DNA from: an uncultured Gemmatimonadales bacterium
GTDB lineage: Bacteria; Gemmatimonadota; Gemmatimonadetes; Longimicrobiales; RSA9
Reading direction: 5' to 3'
DNA length: 64,000 nt
NCBI GenBank assembly: GCA_963708135.1
Contig: OY970192.1
Coordinates: 736,001-800,000, forward strand
In this document: positions 61,207 through 64,000 of the stretch, piece by piece
How positions within the stretch are numbered: position 1 is the stretch's first letter
Layout of the letters: each line of letters begins with the position of its first letter
Notes under the pieces: model-generated
The model's input: the letters and a program-made list of their open reading frames with translations, nothing else
Database searches by the model: none
Told to the model about the DNA's origin: nothing
Position numbers and translations under genes: made by a program

Positions 61207-61583
61207 TCGCCCCCCTCCAGCCGCTCCTCCAGCAGCCGGCGCATCCGCTCCAGCTCCTCGGGGGAGAGATCCCGGTCCGACACCAGCTGCGCGAAGAGCT
61301 TCTCCACCGAGCCCTGGAAGATCTGCTCGCGGATCCGCGCCAGCGCGCTCCGTCCCGCCCGCTCCGCCGGCACCGTCGGGTGGTAGCGGTACGCCCGCCC
61401 CTCCGACTCGTGCCGGACGTAGCCCTTGGCCTCCAGCGTCTGCAAGGCCGAGAGCACCGACGTGTAGGCGAGCTCGTCCTCGAGGGCATCACGCACGTCG
61501 CCCACCGTGGCCGAGCCCAGCCGCCAGAGCACGGCCATCACGGCCAGCTCGCGGGGAGGGAAGTAGATCTCGTCTTCGGGCAA
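61203..61583 (-). CDS. BlaI/MecI/CopY family repressor
   Basis: RELAVMAVLW..ATV, LAYTSV, LEAKGYV, GRAYRY; TTG start; coupled to M56. Confidence 0.92.
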   Translation of the reverse strand: MPEDEIYFPPRELAVMAVLWRLGSATVGDVRDALEDELAYTSVLSALQTLEAKGYVRHESEGRAYRYHPTVPAERAGRSALARIREQIFQGSVEKLFAQLVSDRDLSPEELERMRRLLEERLEGGE

Positions 61584-61654
61584 GGCTCGGCTCCGGTGAG
61601 AGGGTGCTCGAACGGCATCACCGGTGGCGCATCGTCCGGTGAGGTTCGCCGTTG

Positions 61655-61699
61655 CTACGGAATCTCCCGTAGATTAATGCGGCGGTGGCGGGCTGTCAA
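61655..61699 (-). promoter_or_regulatory. Sigma70 promoter with overlapping palindromic operator for blaI-M56
   Basis: Minus strand TTGACA-N17-TAATCT; CTACGG-N6-CCGTAG at 61655-61672. Confidence 0.75.
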
Positions 61700-61763
61700 C
61701 GGGTTTGTCAGTAGACGGGCAGGACAGCTCGTTGCGGGGGTGGAGCCCGGCGCCCGCGCGGGG

Positions 61764-61955
61764 CTAGGGGCCGGGACTCGGCGCGGGTTGGATGGGGCCG
61801 GGTTGGAGCTTCGCCCCGGGGCTCCCGGCGCGCAGCTGGGAATCGAACTCGGCCGTCGCGGCCAGGCGCTCGAGCGCTTCCGTGAGCTGGTGGACCTCGT
61901 CCTCCAGCGCGGCGATGCGCCCAAGTTGTATGGCGGTTTCGACATCCGTGACCAT
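61764..61955 (-). CDS. Small coiled-coil hypothetical protein
   Basis: AGGA RBS; similar to the C-terminus of the upstream gene product. Confidence 0.6.
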   Translation of the reverse strand: MVTDVETAIQLGRIAALEDEVHQLTEALERLAATAEFDSQLRAGSPGAKLQPGPIQPAPSPGP

Positions 61956-61963
61956 GAGCGGTC

Positions 61964-62254
61964 CTAGGAACCCGGGAGCTGCTGCTTCCTCGGAGCCGGC
62001 CCGCTCCGGAGCTGGGCGTCGAAGTTGACGGCGGCCTCGAGCCGCTCCACGGTTTCGCGCAGCTCGTTCACCTGCTCGACGATCATCGGGACGCGCGGGT
62101 CCTCGACCACCTGATGATCGCGGTCCATCGCGTCGCGCAAGCGGATGACGGAGTCAACGACCGGCTTCAGCGCGAAGCGGGCGGTGAGCCCCAGCATCGG
62201 GATGCCGATGACCGCAATGATGGCGACGATCGCGACGATATCATTACTCTGCAT
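61964..62254 (-). CDS. Small single-TM coiled-coil protein
   Basis: GGAGG RBS; TM helix followed by a heptad-like region. Confidence 0.75.
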   Translation of the reverse strand: MQSNDIVAIVAIIAVIGIPMLGLTARFALKPVVDSVIRLRDAMDRDHQVVEDPRVPMIVEQVNELRETVERLEAAVNFDAQLRSGPAPRKQQLPGS

Positions 62255-62290
62255 CTCACGCCTCCGTACGCATGAGTCGGCGCCCGCCCG

Positions 62291-63265
62291 CTACGACTTC
62301 CTGAAGCCCTGAGCGAACGACTCCTTCATTTTCCGCGCGGCTTCGCCCAGCTGCTCGGTGAACTCGCGGGCGCCGTCGCGGTAGGCGCGGGCGGCCTCGG
62401 CGAGGTCCTCCTTGTAGGGGGGCTGCTCGTCGCCGCGGCGGGTGTACTCGCCGCGCAGGATGCGGTCGTAGCTGCCGTCCTCGATCCAGTCGCGCAGCTC
62501 GGCGGCGCGGAGCACGTGGAAGGGGTGGGTGGAGCCGAGCAGGTTGAGCACCTTGAACACGGAGTCGGCGACGTCGCCTGTCTGGCGATACTCATCGGCC
62601 TGGCGCAGGAACTCGTTGAGATCGGTCTCCTCCGGGGTGCCGCCGCCGGCGAGGGTGAGCATGCTGGAGAGGGCGGCCTGCGGGTTCTGGGCCGCCAGCA
62701 GCCCGGCGCGGTCGGAGGAGAGCTCGGCCTTGCGGGACCACTCGAGGAGCCCGACCAGCACGGCGCGGGCGGCGAGGCCGATGATCGGGAAGCCGAGCTG
62801 CGCGAGCTGGAGCAGCACCACGAGCATGGTGCGGTAGAGCACGTGGCCGGAGAGGATGTGGCCGAGCTCGTGGCCGAGGATGAAGGTCATCTCCTCGTCG
62901 TTGAGCAGCCGGAGCGCCCCGGAGTTGAGGACGATGAAGGGCTTGTCGAGGCCGTAGGCCCCCGCGTTGACGAGCGGCGTCTGCGAGAGGAAGAGCTCGT
63001 ACTCCTCCGGCGCGTCCATGGTCTCGAGCACCTCGCGGTAGCGGCGCCAGACCTCCGGGAACTGCTTCTCGCCGACACGCACGGCGTTGGCCTGAAACGC
63101 GAGGCGGATGGGCTTCTCGCCCAGCAGGCCGAAGATCTTGCGCAGCACCTCGTCGAAGGCGGGGATCTTCCGGAGCGCGGCAAGCGCCGCGCGGTCGGCC
63201 GGATGCTCCCAGGTGCGGGGGCTGATGTCGGTCAGGATGCGGCGGGCGCGGACGTCGTCGGCCAT
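62291..63265 (-). CDS. M48 family metallopeptidase
   Basis: WEHPADRAAL, GHELGH, WSRKAELSSDRAG, THP. Confidence 0.92.
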   Translation of the reverse strand: MADDVRARRILTDISPRTWEHPADRAALAALRKIPAFDEVLRKIFGLLGEKPIRLAFQANAVRVGEKQFPEVWRRYREVLETMDAPEEYELFLSQTPLVNAGAYGLDKPFIVLNSGALRLLNDEEMTFILGHELGHILSGHVLYRTMLVVLLQLAQLGFPIIGLAARAVLVGLLEWSRKAELSSDRAGLLAAQNPQAALSSMLTLAGGGTPEETDLNEFLRQADEYRQTGDVADSVFKVLNLLGSTHPFHVLRAAELRDWIEDGSYDRILRGEYTRRGDEQPPYKEDLAEAARAYRDGAREFTEQLGEAARKMKESFAQGFRKS

Positions 63266-63344
63266 GGGGGCGGCTCCGAGTGCGGGGTACTCCGGTTGCT
63301 CTCTGTCCTACGCCGTGCGGCGTGCGCGGGTTTCGCGGCGCCGC

Positions 63345-63428
63345 CGCAAGCGCAAGGCGCAAGGCGCAAGCGCAAGCGGTGGCCAGCATTCCCCTCGCTT
63401 GCGCTTGCCCTTGCCCTTGCTCTTGCGC
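63345..63428. repeat. Inverted short-tandem arrays (GCAAG)n ... (CTTGC)n forming a long hairpin
   Basis: Five GCAAG units face ~five CTTGC units across a short spacer. Confidence 0.8.
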
Positions 63429-63436
63429 CTGCCGGA

Positions 63437-64000
63437 CTACCGCAGCGCACGATCCAGGTCCTCCATCAGGTCCTCCGGGTCCTCGATGCCGGCGGAGAGG
63501 CGGACGAGCCCGTCGGTGATGCCCATGGCCTCGCGCATCTCGCGGGGCACCGAGGCGTGCGTCATGATGGCGGGGTGGTTGACGAGCGACTCCACGCCGC
63601 CGAGGCTCTCGGCGAGGGCGAAGAGGCGGGTCGCCTCCATGAACTTCCGGGCGCGCTCGAGTGAGCCGAGCTCGATGCTGACCATGCCGGTGTAGCCGCG
63701 CATCTGCCGCTGGGCGAGCGCGTGCTGCGGGTGGTCCGAGAGGCCCGGGTAGTAGACGCGCTCGACTGCCGGGTGCTGGGCCAGGTACTCGGCCACGAGC
63801 TGGCCGTTGCGGTTGTGCGCCTCCATGCGCAGCGGCAGCGTCTTGGTGCCGCGCAGCACGAGCCAGCAGTCCATCGGGCCGGGCACGCCGCCCGTCGCCT
63901 TCTGCTGGTAGCGGAGCTCGTCGGCGATCTGGTCGTCGCTCGTGACGACGATCCCGCCGATGACGTCCGAATGGCCGTTCAGGTACTTCGTCGTCGAGTG
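63437..64000 (-). CDS. Cystathionine gamma-synthase/lyase family PLP enzyme, 3' part
   Basis: HSTTKYLNGHSD PLP-lysine motif, LAESLGGVESL, HPAIMTHAS, LVRLSAGIE. Confidence 0.93.
   Translation of the reverse strand, partial: HSTTKYLNGHSDVIGGIVVTSDDQIADELRYQQKATGGVPGPMDCWLVLRGTKTLPLRMEAHNRNGQLVAEYLAQHPAVERVYYPGLSDHPQHALAQRQMRGYTGMVSIELGSLERARKFMEATRLFALAESLGGVESLVNHPAIMTHASVPREMREAMGITDGLVRLSAGIEDPEDLMEDLDRALR

Noticed and set aside
59536..61583. Beta-lactam resistance locus
   Set aside because: No beta-lactamase or penicillin-binding sensor domain is present.

Overview
Very GC-rich bacterial chromosomal segment. The gene style (ADOP-type permease, TolB/TPR protein, BlaI/M56-plug pair, many carboxypeptidase-regulatory-like domains) suggests Gemmatimonadota, but this is inference. 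The backbone is ordinary: a 7-gene alpha-glucan/trehalose operon (glgE-treS/mak-malQ-glgB-treZ-GH57-treY), a TolC/MFP/RND efflux operon, an ABC-2 exporter, a histone-H1-like gene, a UbiD-UbiA-UbiX cluster, purD-mutM-GIY-YIG nuclease, BlaI/M56, an M48 protease and a partial transsulfuration enzyme. The most unusual structure is an AbiEi-like/DUF559 nuclease gene (5640-6545) bracketed by two ~185-bp direct repeats. Each repeat holds a 30-bp-arm palindrome whose 17-nt spacer is inverted between the two copies, and a third, gene-less copy lies ~48 kb away (55193-55377). This is a candidate REP/MITE-like family with a DUF559 nuclease as its possible mobiliser. Other signals: a shared ECF promoter motif linking the sigma/anti-sigma pair to a vWA gene, G-quadruplex-type GGGGGAGT repeats inside reading frames, and several gene remnants. 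No tRNA, rRNA, CRISPR array, transposase or integrase was recognised. Product calls come from motif recognition by eye, not database searches.
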